Shown one piece after another: positions 49,365 through 61,659 of a stretch of 64,000 nt of DNA (positions within the stretch are counted from its first letter, which is position 1; every line of letters starts with the position of its first letter). Source of the stretch: Laetmonice hystrix (lineage: Eukaryota); contig OZ249441.1 in the NCBI GenBank assembly GCA_965235115.1, forward strand, positions 8,246,001 through 8,310,000, read 5' to 3'. The notes beneath the pieces are model-generated. The model searched no databases. It worked only from the letters and a program-made list of their open reading frames with translations, and was not told where the DNA came from. A program made the position numbers and the translations under genes.

Positions 49365-50169
49365 GATACACCGACATCAGAGGATACACCGACACCAGAG
49401 GATACACCGACACCAGAGGATACACCAACACCAGGGGATACACCAACACCAGGGGATACACCGACACCAGATGATACACCAACACCAGAGAATACACCGA
49501 CACCAGGGGATACACCGACACCAGAGGATACACCGACACCAGGGGATACACCGACACCAGGGGATACACCGACACCAGGGGATACACCGACACCAGAGGA
49601 TACACCAACACCAGGGGATACACCGACACCAGAGGATACACCAACACCAGGGGATACACCGACACCAGAGGATACACCAACACCAGGGGATACACCAACA
49701 CCAGGGGATACACCGACACCAGATGATACACCAACACCAGGGGATACACCGACACCAGAGGATACACCAACACCAGGGGATACACCAACACCAGGGGATA
49801 CACCGACACCAGATGATACACCAACACCAGAGAATACACCGACACCAGGGGATACACCGACACCAGAGGATACACCGACACCAGGGGATACACCAACACC
49901 AGGGGATACACCGACACCAGAGGATACACCAACACCAGAGGATACACCGACACCAGGGGATACACCGACACCAGAGGATACACCAACACCAGAGGATACA
50001 CCAACACCAGAGGATACACCAACACCAGAGGATACACCGACACCAGAGGATACACCGACACCAGAGGATACACCAACACCAGGGGATACACCAACACCAG
50101 GGGATACACCGACACCAGAGGATACACCGACACCAGAGGATACACCAACACCAGAGGATACACAAACAC
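49365..50169. repeat. Tandem array, 18-bp unit (gatacacc[g/a]acaccag[a/g]g), ~45 copies
   Basis: Explains ORFs 49279..50280, 49363..50172 and 49377..50165. Confidence 0.98.
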
Positions 50170-50639
50170 TGAAGAGGTCCGATTGGTCATTGACCAGAAT
50201 GAAGGTCCGATGTAAAGCGGGAATGTTGATATAATGAAAACGGAACGAACCGATCGGGTTACGTTTTCATTACTCGACACAGCGCTGTGATCAAATGGTG
50301 TTATTACACGTGAACAATTGAACCTATTTATGGAATATCGGGAAAGTTGATGGTCTCGTATAACCGTATCGAGAGGGAGTTAGCATGGTTTATGGTAATC
50401 TTGCAGTACTTTCAGTCGGGTCCCTCGCCTTGAGAGGTCGGTGATAAACGACGAAAGCCGCGCTCATTGAAACACTCCCAATTTCCATACAGCTCTACAT
50501 GCTGTATGAAGTCTAAACCTCAGAAAAGATCATTTAAATGTGTAAATGAGTCGGAAAAAGCCATTTAAATGCTGAGTTAGCTAGTTGTGGACCTCTGTTA
50601 TTAGAGAGCGGTTTGGTCAACACGGCTAAACCTTATTGT

Positions 50640-51201
50640 GACTTGACGTGGTTCACGGAGAGTGGGGTGGGTGGTGGACTTGACGTGGTTCACGGAGAGT
50701 GGGGTGTGGGGGGGGGGGAGGACTTGACGTGGTTCACGGAGAGTGGGGTGTGGTGGGGGAAGGACTTGACGTGGTTCACGGAGAGTGGGGTGGGTGGTGG
50801 ACTTGACATGGTTCACGGAGAGTGGGGTGTGGGGAGGGAAAGGACTTGACGTGGTTCACGGAGAGTGGGGTGGGTGGTGGACTTGACATGGTTCACGGAG
50901 AGTGGGGTGGGGGGGGGGGGGGGAGGACTTGACGTGGTTCACGGAGAGTGGGGTGTGGGGAGGGGAAGGACTTGACGTGGTTCACGGAGAGTGGGGTGTG
51001 GGGGGGGAAGGACTTGACGTGGTTCACGGAGAGTGGGGTGGGTGGTGGACTTGACGTGGTTCACGGAGAGTGGGGTGGGGGGGGGGAGGACTGGACGTGG
51101 TTCACGGCGAGTGGGGTGTGGGGAGGGGAAGGACTTGACGTGGTTCACGGAGAGTGGGGTGGGTGGTGGACTTGACATGGTTCACGGAGAGTGGGGTGGG
51201 G
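50640..51201. repeat. G-rich tandem array, 37-45-bp unit (ggacttgacgtggttcacggagagtggggtg + variable G tract), ~14 copies
   Basis: Constant core with a variable G-run spacer. Confidence 0.95.
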
Positions 51202-52042
51202 TTGGCACAATGACGTCTCCCTAGGTTGTGTACATGGACGCGTACCCCTGGGAGGAATGGACCATCAAACCCATTGTGTACACTCACAAACCACTTTTGT
51301 TGACGTAATCATGATGTTCCATGCTATAGGAAAGCTGCCAGTTGTAGTTTTTCCGCCCTAGGTTGCTAATATACTCCATGAATGAAAGATGACAGGAAAT
51401 CCGAGTACTATCTGACATAACTACGGACCAATTTCTTCCATGAGTTTTTTCAGTCCCCTTCCCGTCCGCCCTGTTTCTTATAGCTTGGTCTATAGATTCG
51501 GACGGCACTGGCCTGGCACACAACGTCGCCGTTTGTCACTCCCTGGCTGTTGACTCTCTCTCTCTCTCTGGCTTCATATTATTATGATAGCACATCGGCA
51601 GGCGTGATTCTTCTTACAGACGTGCAGCGCGTGGCTGAGGCCACGAAGACATGATCACGACCACGCTAACGCTAATTCATTGAAAACAAATCCGGTAGGA
51701 TACTCTCTCTCTGACATCCAACGTTGTCGTGTAGAACGCAATCCTGTCAGACCATTTTTGTTGGAGCAGGAAACGCACATCGCTGTGAATATTGAGTGGA
51801 TGTTGCAATGCAGTATCTTCGCTCCATATGTATATGCGTTAATACACTGCTAGATTTCTAGATTACATTTGGACATTAACATTTACATAATTAAGGCAAA
51901 ATGTAAGTGAACGGAATCAGCTTGTGCTAATGTGGCATCAAAAACTTGTTTATGGAGACGTACATTTTTGTATTTGAAAGCCAACTTCTACTTCGTGTTC
52001 TATCTGAATTATCTCTCAAGCAGTACCGTAGAAAAAGAAGAA

Positions 52043-52530
52043 AAACAGAGGTATGATATCTGGCGTTATATGAGGACAAACTTTATAAACAGAGGTATGA
52101 TATCTGGCGTTATATGAGGACAAACTTTATAAACAGAGGTATGATATCTGGCGTTATATGAGGACAAACTTTATAAACAGAGGTATGATATCTGGCGTTA
52201 TATGAGGACAAACTTTATAAACAGAGGTATGATATCTGGCGTTATATGAGGACAAGACAAACTTTATAAACAGAGGTATGATATCTGGCGTTATATGAGG
52301 ACAAACTTTATAAACAGAGGTATGATATCTGGCGTTATATGAGGACAAACTTTATAAACAGAGGTATGATATCTGGCGTTATATGAGGACAAACTTTATA
52401 AACAGAGGTATGATATCTGGCGTTATATGAGGACAAACTTTATAAACAGAGGTATGATATCTGGCGTTATATGAGGACAAACTTTATAAACAGAGGTATG
52501 ATATCTGGCGTTATATGAGGACAAACTTTA
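52043..52530. repeat. Tandem array, 44-bp unit (aaacagaggtatgatatctggcgttatatgaggacaaactttat), 11 copies
   Basis: aaacagagg at 52043, 52087, 52131... Confidence 0.97.
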
Positions 52531-53129
52531 TTCAATTTGGAAGTCACAACCTCGAGAAGTAACTTTATATGAGCAGAATATTCCCTCGGCCTGCTAGAAT
52601 GTCTGTGACTCTGAATTATAGAGCTATCGTCTCTCCATGTTAGCCTCGTAGTGTTTGAACTGAATCTCCTGGCCCAACACCTTGTCGTAATTATGGTCCA
52701 CTGGCGTCCTTCACTGGAAGGAAACAATCGAAGTCAAGGTCACAGGTCACTGATGTTATCACACAATTGTTGACGGTGCTGCCCGCTAGGTGGAGCCTGT
52801 AACCAAGCCGGTAAAACCTTGGAGGAATGAAGGTGAAACAAACTCTAGATTTATGGAGTAATAGATTCTATCAGTGTGTCTAAACGAGACATGGGCGCCA
52901 GTTGGCCCTAAATATGAATAGATTGAATATAATCATGTATCACCAATAACCTTTGTATTGGTAGCAGCATATACTTCCCCTGTGCAAAATATAAAAAAAA
53001 TGACGTCACTGTGCGCCAAATTGCAGCAGTAGTTGACGTCGATTTTGGTTTTACGATCAGTGCCAACCTTCACAGAAAGTCAAACATGGCCCCCCAAAAC
53101 ACACACACAAACCCTGATGACTTCGTGTT

Positions 53130-54245
53130 CTCCCTGCCATAGCGCCCTCTACCAGCCGACCGTGAGCTGTAACTCGTGGTTTGTGGCCGTGGTTTCCCCC
53201 TGCCATAGCCCCCTCTCCCAGCCGAGCTGACCGTGAGCCCTTAGCCGTAAGTCGTGGTTTGTGGCCGCGGTTTCTCCCAGCCCTGTCCCGGTCGAGCCGA
53301 CCGTGAGCCGTAACTTGTGGTTTATGACCGCGGTTGCGCCCTGCCGTCTACCAGCCGAGCCGACTGTGAGCCGTAACTTGTGGTGGCCGCGGTTTCTCCC
53401 GGCCCTGTCTCGGTCGAGCCGACCGTGAGCCGTAACTTGTGGTTTATGACCGCGGTTGCGCCCTGCCGTCTACCAGCCGAGCCGACTGTGAGCCGTAACT
53501 TGTGGTTTGTGACCGCAGTTTCTCCCGGCCCTGTCCCGGCCGAGTCGACTGTGAGCCGTAACTTGTGGTTTATGACCGCGGTTGCTCCCTGCCGTCTACC
53601 AGCCGAGCCGACTGTGAGCCGTAACTTGTGGTTTATGACCGCGGTTTCTCCCGGCCCTGTCCCGGCCGAACCGACTATGAGCCGTAACTTGTGGTGGCCG
53701 CGGTTTCTCCCGGCCCTGTTCCGGCCGAGTCGACTGTGAGCCGTAACTTGTGGTTTATGACCGCGGTTGCTCCCTGCCGTCTACCAGCCGAGCCGACTGT
53801 GAGCCGTAACTTGTGGTGACCGCGGTTTCTCGCGGCCCTGTCCCGGCCGAGCCGACTGTGAGCCGTAACTTGTGGTTTATGACCGCGGTTGCTCCCTGCC
53901 GTCTACCAGCCGAGCCGACTGTGAGCCGTAACTTGTGGTGACCGCGGTTTCTCGCGGCCCTGTCCCGGCCGAGTCGACTATGAGCCGTAACTTGTGGTGG
54001 CCGCGGTTTCTCCCGGCCCTGTCCCGGCCGAGCCGACTGTGAGCCGTAACTTGTGGTTTATGACCGCGGTTGCTCCCTGCCGTCTACCAGTCGAGCCGAC
54101 TGTGAGCCGTAACTTGTGGTGGCCGTGGTTTCTCCCGGCCCTGTCCCGGCCGAGTCGACTATGAGCCGTAACTTGTGGTGGCCGCGGTTTCTCCCGGCCC
54201 TGTCCCGGCCGAGTCGACTATGAGCCGTAAGTTGTGGTGGCCGTG
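53130..54245. repeat. Dimeric higher-order array: alternating ~63-bp (A) and ~59-bp (B) units
   Basis: Shared head ccgactgtgagccgtaacttgtgg; A tail ttgctccctgccgtctaccag, B tail tttctcccggccctgtcccgg. Confidence 0.93.
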
Positions 54246-56536
54246 GTAGACAGAACTCGGACAAGTTAACTTGGAGACAATCAATCAGTGCAGCAGAGAG
54301 GCGCTGCAAGCAGTCGTAATGAAACATCCCATGTGGTAATTACCTAGGCGTGGCTGGTGGAGCTTCCATTCACGGAGTGACCTGTTAGATGGAAACCAAC
54401 TCTTGGCGACAGCTTCAGGAGTTGGATGAGAATTACATTGTTCCTCTTCTTTTTCTTCTTCCCGTTCAGATCCCAGGCACGGTGGTAATAAAAGATTCAG
54501 TTGGATCTGAAAAACTCATTCCGATAACCACACTTGTGGGCCTGCCAATGGAGGTTAGAGGGAATCCATCACAGCTCAGTCTGATCAATACTGCTCGTCT
54601 TTACTTCAAACTTTAATTAATGCAATATATCTTATCAGCTTCATGCCACTCAGTGCTGACAACGTACGAGTCGTGTCCAAATGGATTTTTATTATTCTAT
54701 TATTTTGTTTTGCTATCATGTTTTAAACAATGGCGTTTTAGTAGGTATGTGAGGCCCTCGGTTCCGTGGATGGTGTGCCAGTTGAAGGGCACTGAGTTAG
54801 AATGTGACCAAGGTTTACCGCGGACAGTCCTAGATTGAGATATTTTCATGACCCTCCCAGCCCAGGGACACCAGGAGCAGATAGTACTGACTGGAGTGCG
54901 ACTAGAGGAGGACAAAATCCTCCTCCAGGACTTGAGGCGGTGGTGGTGTACCAGTGCCCTTCTTCTCTCCTTGAAACAAGTAACTAGCTGGGTCGAATAC
55001 TGAGTGCCGCCCTGGGATATTAACATATCTGTAGGAATCCAAACCATCGTTAACATTAACTGGAGAGTCCTAACAACAGAAAAGGATAAATTTTCTACTC
55101 CTCGACAAAAATAAATTTCTTTTCTGACCTTTATATACATGATACCCCGCCTTTTGGCTCTGTCGATCTGAGTGAGAAGGTAAACTTACTACTGTACATA
55201 GGTTAGGTTCTTGTACCCGTCGTACGAGGAAAGGGCACTACCAGAGAGGTTAGTATTCAGCCAGGCGTCTTTATGAGTACCCCAGGGGGAGTTAAGTAAA
55301 CCCCCCTACCCATACTGACGATGGTGGGGGGGGGGGGGGGGGTGAGATATCTCACCAGGGACGTAGGGTCGGAGTTACAACGTGTGGCATAGCGACCTTT
55401 CATTATAATTCCCAGAATGCATTGTATTATTTAACTTGGCTATCTTTCATGGAGAATACCAGCAGGCAGTTATCATGTCGGGGCAGACTTAGAACCCGCA
55501 TGATCCCAGTATTCTGAAGTTATCGTGTTCTTCAGGTTTCGGTGACTGTATTGGGAATGTACGCTTGATTGAAAAATGTCAGCCGAGTTGAAATGATTTC
55601 ACATAAGTAGATCTTATGTCCCCAAGGAGATGAAAGTGTGTTTTTTTGACTGAGAGTGTTTGTAAGGTAGAAATAGCAGTACGACTCAGCGGGAAAAGTT
55701 GGTTGATTATTGAGTCGGATAGACGTTGGTCTAAGTAGAAATAAATATTTTATACTGCGGGGCACGAACGGTAAAGCCTTTCCTGTAAACGGATCCAAAT
55801 ATTTGCCAGAGGTATCAGAGAATGGCAGCTTTGGGGAAGACGTCATAAAAAATTGAGAGGTATCAGAGAATGGCAGCTTTGGGGAAGACGTAATAAGGAA
55901 TTGCTGGTTGGACCCATTTTCTCTGATCTGGTAATGTGAGCAGCTTTATCTCGTTGATCGTTTTGTTTAGGATCTTCCAGTAAGTCCAATATTTGTTCGA
56001 GTGTTGTAAATCCCCCTGTTTGGTACACGGGCCTGGATGGTGCACGTGTACTGAAGGTTGTTGGTACACGTGGTGGTCTGTCAGTGTGAGAGGAGTAAGG
56101 GTGACCTGATAGTAACGGGAGACATGCCCTGGCCAGGGGACCGCCTGTTGTGTTAACCTGCCCGGGGATGGTTGCACCGCGTGCCGGGAGAATATCAGTC
56201 GGGTCCGGTCTCCATGCCGGGGTCAGAGTGCCGTGTGGAAGGATGTGATAACAATGTTCACTGGGCTCATACACACACACACCCGCCACCACTGCCGTAC
56301 GGTGTATAGAAACGTCTCAATTCTATATTCTGGGCGGTTTTTTAATTCCTCCGCTCAGACGTATATGATCGATGATAAACACCGTTTCTTTACCTGCTTA
56401 CCCTATGATAGACAAACTTATTGGAGAGGAATGATAAATTACCTCCCCGCCAGAGGTCGCTCAAGTGGTGTAGCTTTAGGTCTGACCCTCCAGGAGTGAT
56501 CCTTCAACATAGAAGACTCTAAAATAACCACTGCGT

Positions 56537-56700
56537 CCAGGGCTGTAGCCAGAGGTTGATGCAGGGGGTTACAGAAATAGTAATTGTGTAAAGTGCAAGC
56601 AAAGCAAACACCACAAGTGTGAAGCGAAAGCTAGGGGGTGCATGCCCCCGGAAAATCTGGTAAATTTAAGTGATATTTTCCTGTATTCTGGTGAATTTCA
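56537..56700. mobile_element. Possible fragment of a non-autonomous DNA-transposon end (hAT-like, tentative)
   Basis: cagggctgtagccag followed by gcgaaagctagggggtgcatgcccccggaaaat; resembles common invertebrate MITE ends as I recall them; no partner TIR found. Confidence 0.25.
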
Positions 56701-57470
56701 GGACCAATGAATTTTTTCTTTGGCACTCAGGGGCGGGCGGTTACAGACACCCAAAAACGAGATATTGCAGGTCACACATCAAATATCTACTTTTGGAAAT
56801 TATCAGCACAAACTCTACTTTCCAGCCCAGACACCATGGACAGGATCGGATCGGGAATGTACGTACAAGGAATACAAGGCCTGGGTTCCAATCAAAGTTT
56901 TGCTTGTGGTCCTTCATCACCAGACTGACCACCGGATACACTGGGCTGACAGTCCCCCTGGTCCTGTGGAGGGAAGAGGGAGGTTCTCAACAATTCCTAC
57001 CTCTGTCTGCCCCAGACCACTGATTGAGGCGACCACAAACATGGCAGGCCAATGAACCAATCAGAGTGGCCTTGGCATAGAATGATACATCCTGTTGGTG
57101 GCCTTGAGACGACGGCTCTGATTGGACAAGGGCGTTGATTGTCTCCGGATTCTAGGGATGGAACCATCCGTCTCGGAGTCTAATCCAAGGAGCAAGAATT
57201 TAATTAGGTCTGAGCTAACGCCATACATTGACAAGGGTTAGCCTATAGAATTCTGTTTAATCAGTCATTCATTTCATTAAGATCGCCATGAAACAATACT
57301 AGGAGGGTAAGAAAAGGTTGTTGTGTCAATTAAAGGAGTTCTCTAAGAGGAGGACAAGATCTCGGCCTGTCGATGGAACAGTCATGTAAAGTTAAACCAA
57401 GCTTAATGTTCGTGGTGTTAGTCTGGACAGCAGGGTGAAACTAGAAGGTCTCTAAATGATTACATTGCAT

Positions 57471-58284
57471 GGAGACAGCTCCGTTACTGGTAACTGATTG
57501 GTGGACTGACAGGAGACAGCTACGTTACCGGTAACTGATTGGTGGACTGACAGGAGACAGCTACGTTACTGGTAACTGATTGGTGGACTGACAGGAGACA
57601 GCTACGTTACTGGTAGCTGATTGGTGGACTGACAGGAGACAGCTCAGTTACTGGTAACTGATTGGTGGACTGACAGGAGACAGCTACGTTACTGGTAACT
57701 GATTGGTGGACTGACAGGAGACAGCTCAGTTACTGGTAACTGATTGGTGGACTGACAGGAGACAGCTACGTTACTGGTAGCTGATTGGTGGACTGACAGG
57801 AGACAGCTACGTTACTGGTAGCTGATTGGTGGACTGACAGGAGACAGCTACGTTACTGGTAACTGATTGGTGGACTGACAGGAGACAGGTACGTTACTGG
57901 TAACTGATTGGTGGACTGACAGGAGACAGGTACGTTACTGGTAACTGATTGGTGGACTGACAGGAGACAGCTCAGTTACTGGTAACTGATTGGTGGACTG
58001 ACAGGAGATAGCTACGTTACTGTTAACTGATTGGTGGACTGACAGGAGACAGCTACCTTACTGGTAACTGATTGGTGGACTGACAGGAGACAGCTACGTT
58101 ACTGGTAACTGATTGGTGGACTGACAGGACACAGGTACGTTACTGGTAACTGATTGGTGGACTGACAGGAGACAGCTCAGTTACTGGTAACTGATTGGTG
58201 GACTGACAGGAGACAGCTACGTTACTCTTAACTGATTGGTGGACTGACAGGAGACAGCTACGTTACTCTTAACTGATTGGTGGA
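57471..58284. repeat. Tandem array, 41-bp unit (gacagctacgttactggtaactgattggtggactgacagga), ~20 copies
   Basis: Period 41; each unit contains ctgattgg (CCAATCAG on the minus strand). Confidence 0.97.
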
Positions 58285-59276
58285 TTATATAACTTGCCGA
58301 GACGGAGACTCCAATAGCTGCGCTGTCTCATTCACAATAGGCGTCACTGTCTCATTCACAGCGTGGGCGTCACTGTCTCATTCTAATTGGGAGATTAGTG
58401 CGTTATGATTATGACGTAAGACTAAGAGATTAGTGCGTTATGATTATGACGTTAGAGATTAGTGCGTTATGATTATGACGTTAGAGATTAGCCCGTTATG
58501 TTTCTAGGCAGTAATCCTCAGGTACTTGAGCACATTGAAGGAGGAAGTTTTTATAGAATGCCAACTTATTGACTTTCCGCTGAACTTGCATCATCAGCCG
58601 ATAGAGATATGAAGAAAACTACCTTGATTTGGGAGGCGAAAATATTTAAAGTGGAACTTTGAGAGGGAGTGCGAAAATGTAAATTGTCATGTAACATTAT
58701 TTAATATTAAGTGCGGCATGGTTTTGATTGAATGTATGGTGATGGAGCTCTCTCCTGACAAATTGTTAGAACTACGTAATTAGTACAAACATTTTATGTC
58801 CGACTACAATCATACGGCCGGATTTTCTGAGCACTATGAAGAGCAGGTTTAAATTAGAGGAATTACAGTTGGATTAGATTGGAGATTAAATGAATGTGGT
58901 TCATCAAACCGGACCAATCACACCACCAGACCATTTGTGTCGAGCGAGTTGGCGACGATAACAGGATTTAGAAGTGCCCTTGAATTAGTTCAACAAAATC
59001 CGATATTAAAACGAAAAAAAGGAACATATTTCAAAGAAAGCGTAAAAAACGTAAATTGAATGTTGGGCAGTTGACTAATGGATGCATGTTGAGCGGGATC
59101 CGAAATTCTCACTATGGATCAAAGCAACCGAACCCAACGTCCCCGTCATCATAGAGCGACTTTTTTAATAAAGAGGAGAGAGGTCGACTTCTTTATCAGT
59201 GACGTCTCGCCGAGAGTACAGGCCCTCAGGCCAGGTACAGGCGTGTAGCCGGCAGGGTAAGAGGTTCGTGGGAAGT

Positions 59277-60099
59277 TGTAGGCCGTGTACGAATAGAGTG
59301 TCCCTGTAGGCCGTGTACGGGTAGACTGTCACTGTAGGCCGTGTACGGATAGAGTGTCTCTGTAGGCCGTGTACGGGTAGAGTGTCCCTGTAGGCCGTGT
59401 ACGGGTAGACTGTCACTGTAGGCCGTGTACGGATGGAGTGTCCCTGTAGGCCGTGTACGAATAGAGTGTCCCTGTAGGCCGTGTACGGGTAGAGTGTCCC
59501 TGTAGGCCGTGTACGGATAGAGTGTCCCTGTAGGCCGTGTACGGGTAGAGTGTCCCTGTAGGCCGTGTACGGGTAGAGTGTCCCTGTAGGCCGTGTAAGG
59601 GTAGAGTGTCACTGTAGGCCGTGCACGGGTGGAGTGTCACTGTAGGCCGTGCACGGGTGGAGTGTCACTGTAGGCCGTGTACGGGTGGAGTGTCACTGTA
59701 GGCCGTGTACGGATAGAGTGTCACTGTAGGCCGTGTACGGATAGAGTGTCACTGTAGGCCGTGTACGGGTAGACTGTCACTGTAGGCCGTGTACGAATAG
59801 AGTGTCCCTGTAGGCCGTGTACGGGTAGAGTGTCCCTGTAGGCCGTGTACGGATAGAGTGTCACTGTAGGCCGTGTACGGATAGAGTGTCACTGTAGGCC
59901 GTGTACGGGTAGAGTGTCACTGTAGGCCGTGTACGGGTAGAGTGTCACTGTAGGCCGTGTACGGGTAGAGTGTCCCTGTAGGCCGTGTACGGGTAGAGTG
60001 TCCCTGTAGGCCGTGTACGGGTAGAGTGTCCCTGTAGGCCGTGTACGGATAGAGTGTCACTGTAGGCCGTGTACGGGTAGAGTGTCACTGTAGGCCGTG
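59277..60099. repeat. Tandem array, 28-bp unit (ctgtaggccgtgtacgggtagagtgtc[c/a]), ~29 copies
   Basis: Period 28. Confidence 0.97.
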
Positions 60100-60195
60100 A
60101 ACACATTGTATTCAGCCTAGATCAGAGCAGTGCCGGTCTAGGTCCCGTGCCTGTCTGCGTCCATCCACCCCGAGGGACCGCCACTATGACGGCTC

Positions 60196-60233
60196 AGCCA
60201 ATCATCTCGCCGCCTTATATTGTCACGTGACAA
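60196..60233. promoter_or_regulatory. CCAAT box plus 14-bp perfect palindrome ttGTCACGTGACaa (E-box/CLEAR-type)
   Basis: agccaatca at ~60196; palindrome at 60220-60233. Confidence 0.4.
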
Positions 60234-60655
60234 GGTTCAGGCTGCATCCTCGGCCATAACAGACACCTCGGCGCCTACAATAGTATCCAGCCACACACCT
60301 TTCTAGGGTCCGCCAGACGACGGAAGACTAAAACAGTTCACAATCAAGTTTATTTGATCATCGTGGCAGGCCCAAGAGTCATCTCCGCTGAACGAGAGTG
60401 GCAGAGGAGAATACACTTCAGACGTACTTTCTTCACAAAAACTTAGATCTGAGGAGGTTTCGACTTTTTGCATTGCTGCGTATTGATCCAAAGTTGAGAA
60501 CGCCCTGAGATAAAAACACCATGAGGCGACACCTAACGGTAACACTCGTAAACAGGGGCAGACGGTGAGCCGCACGTGGTAAATAAAGGCTGGCGGCTGA
60601 CAAAGCAGAATTCATATCCGTCAGATTGGAGCAGTTTGTGTGAGAAATGGCTCAC

Positions 60656-60775
60656 CTGGCCTGTCCCTCCGGACTCCCGACTCCACTGATCGGAGGGCGT
60701 TGTTGTCACCTCATCGACGGTAGAATCGGCCCCGCCTCGGTCTGGTCGTCTGGCTCCGGTGACACTTGCCGCCAT
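60656..60775 (-). CDS. Probable first coding exon (40 aa, MAASVTGARRPDRGGADSTVDEVTTTPSDQWSRESGGTGQ) of an unidentified multi-exon gene
   Basis: ATGGCGGCA start, phase-0 donor CAG|gtgagc, GC-rich context, GTCACGTGA E-box at 60792-60800 just upstream. Confidence 0.5.
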
Positions 60776-61136
60776 TGGTCCAGCCCATTTATCACGTGAC
60801 CAGCTGATCCCCGACCTGGTATGGGCGGATCCAGGGGGGGGGGGGCTAAGGGGGCTCCACCCCCCCATAAATTCTGGACGATGTTATTTTTGTCATCCAA
60901 CTATGATCATATTATTTATCATATATATTTTAGGCCTAAGCCGAATAATATGTTTTTGCCTGGGCCCAGTTTGTGAAAGGCTGCGCTGCCAAACCAGGTG
61001 GTGTCCGGCTGATCACCTCATAACGTATCTGTAGTAGTTATTGCTGCCCTGGTTGACATCGTAACGGGTTGAGGCATGGACCTTCCACCTCTTCCCACAA
61101 TGTTATGTCTGTAGCGGCGTCCGGTTAGTTTTTGTT

Positions 61137-61264
61137 AGAACAGGGTGTGGGAGTCCTGGCTGTGAGCTCCCAGTAGAACAGGGTGTGGGAGTCCTAGCTG
61201 TGGCTGTGAGCTCCCAGTAGAACAGGGTGTGGGAGTCCTGGCTGTGGCTGTAAGCTCCCAGTAG
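61137..61264. repeat. 38-44-bp unit x3 (agaacagggtgtgggagtcctggctgtg...agctcccagt)
   Basis: Direct inspection. Confidence 0.88.
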
Positions 61265-61659
61265 AAGTACAAGATTTTCGTATTTTATTCCAAGAGTTAG
61301 GATGTATCCGAATTTGACAGAGGGCTTGCAGTGTGGCAGTTTCATGGATATTTTATCGACAGTGAACAAATGTGTTATTTGGTATCCAAGGAGTCTATGA
61401 GACCCGTGTGGCCTGATGTGGCCCCGATAACCCGGTGTCGTTGTCGTGATCCTATTCAATAATGGAATCGTTTCTCTATTGGTAATGTTTGTGATCTCAT
61501 CCTGCCAGAGGCTTTGCCTCTCTGACAGCCGCTATCTCAGCAGTCCATCGACCGCCGTCTGAGCCACCGGGATATTAATGTGAGCAGGATTCCCCAGGGG
61601 TTCTGGTTGGGAGACATTCCAACCACTGTCCGGGCATGGTCGGTCGCTGGTCGACACTT

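Noticed and set aside
47751-50280. 512-aa Pro/Tyr/His-rich and 262-349-aa His-, Val- or Cys/Trp-rich ORFs
   Set aside because: Entirely repeat-derived, with non-ATG starts for the longest and frameshifting unit variants.
55843-57055. Several protein-looking ORFs on both strands (e.g. FTTLEQILDLLEDPK; TYKEYKAWVPIKVLL)
   Set aside because: Multiple frames look equally plausible, none is recognisable, and splice signals are inconsistent.
60428-60504. Segment with good minus-strand acceptor and donor as exon 2 of the 60.7-kb gene
   Set aside because: In the phase required by exon 1 it contains an in-frame TGA; could only be a non-productive exon.
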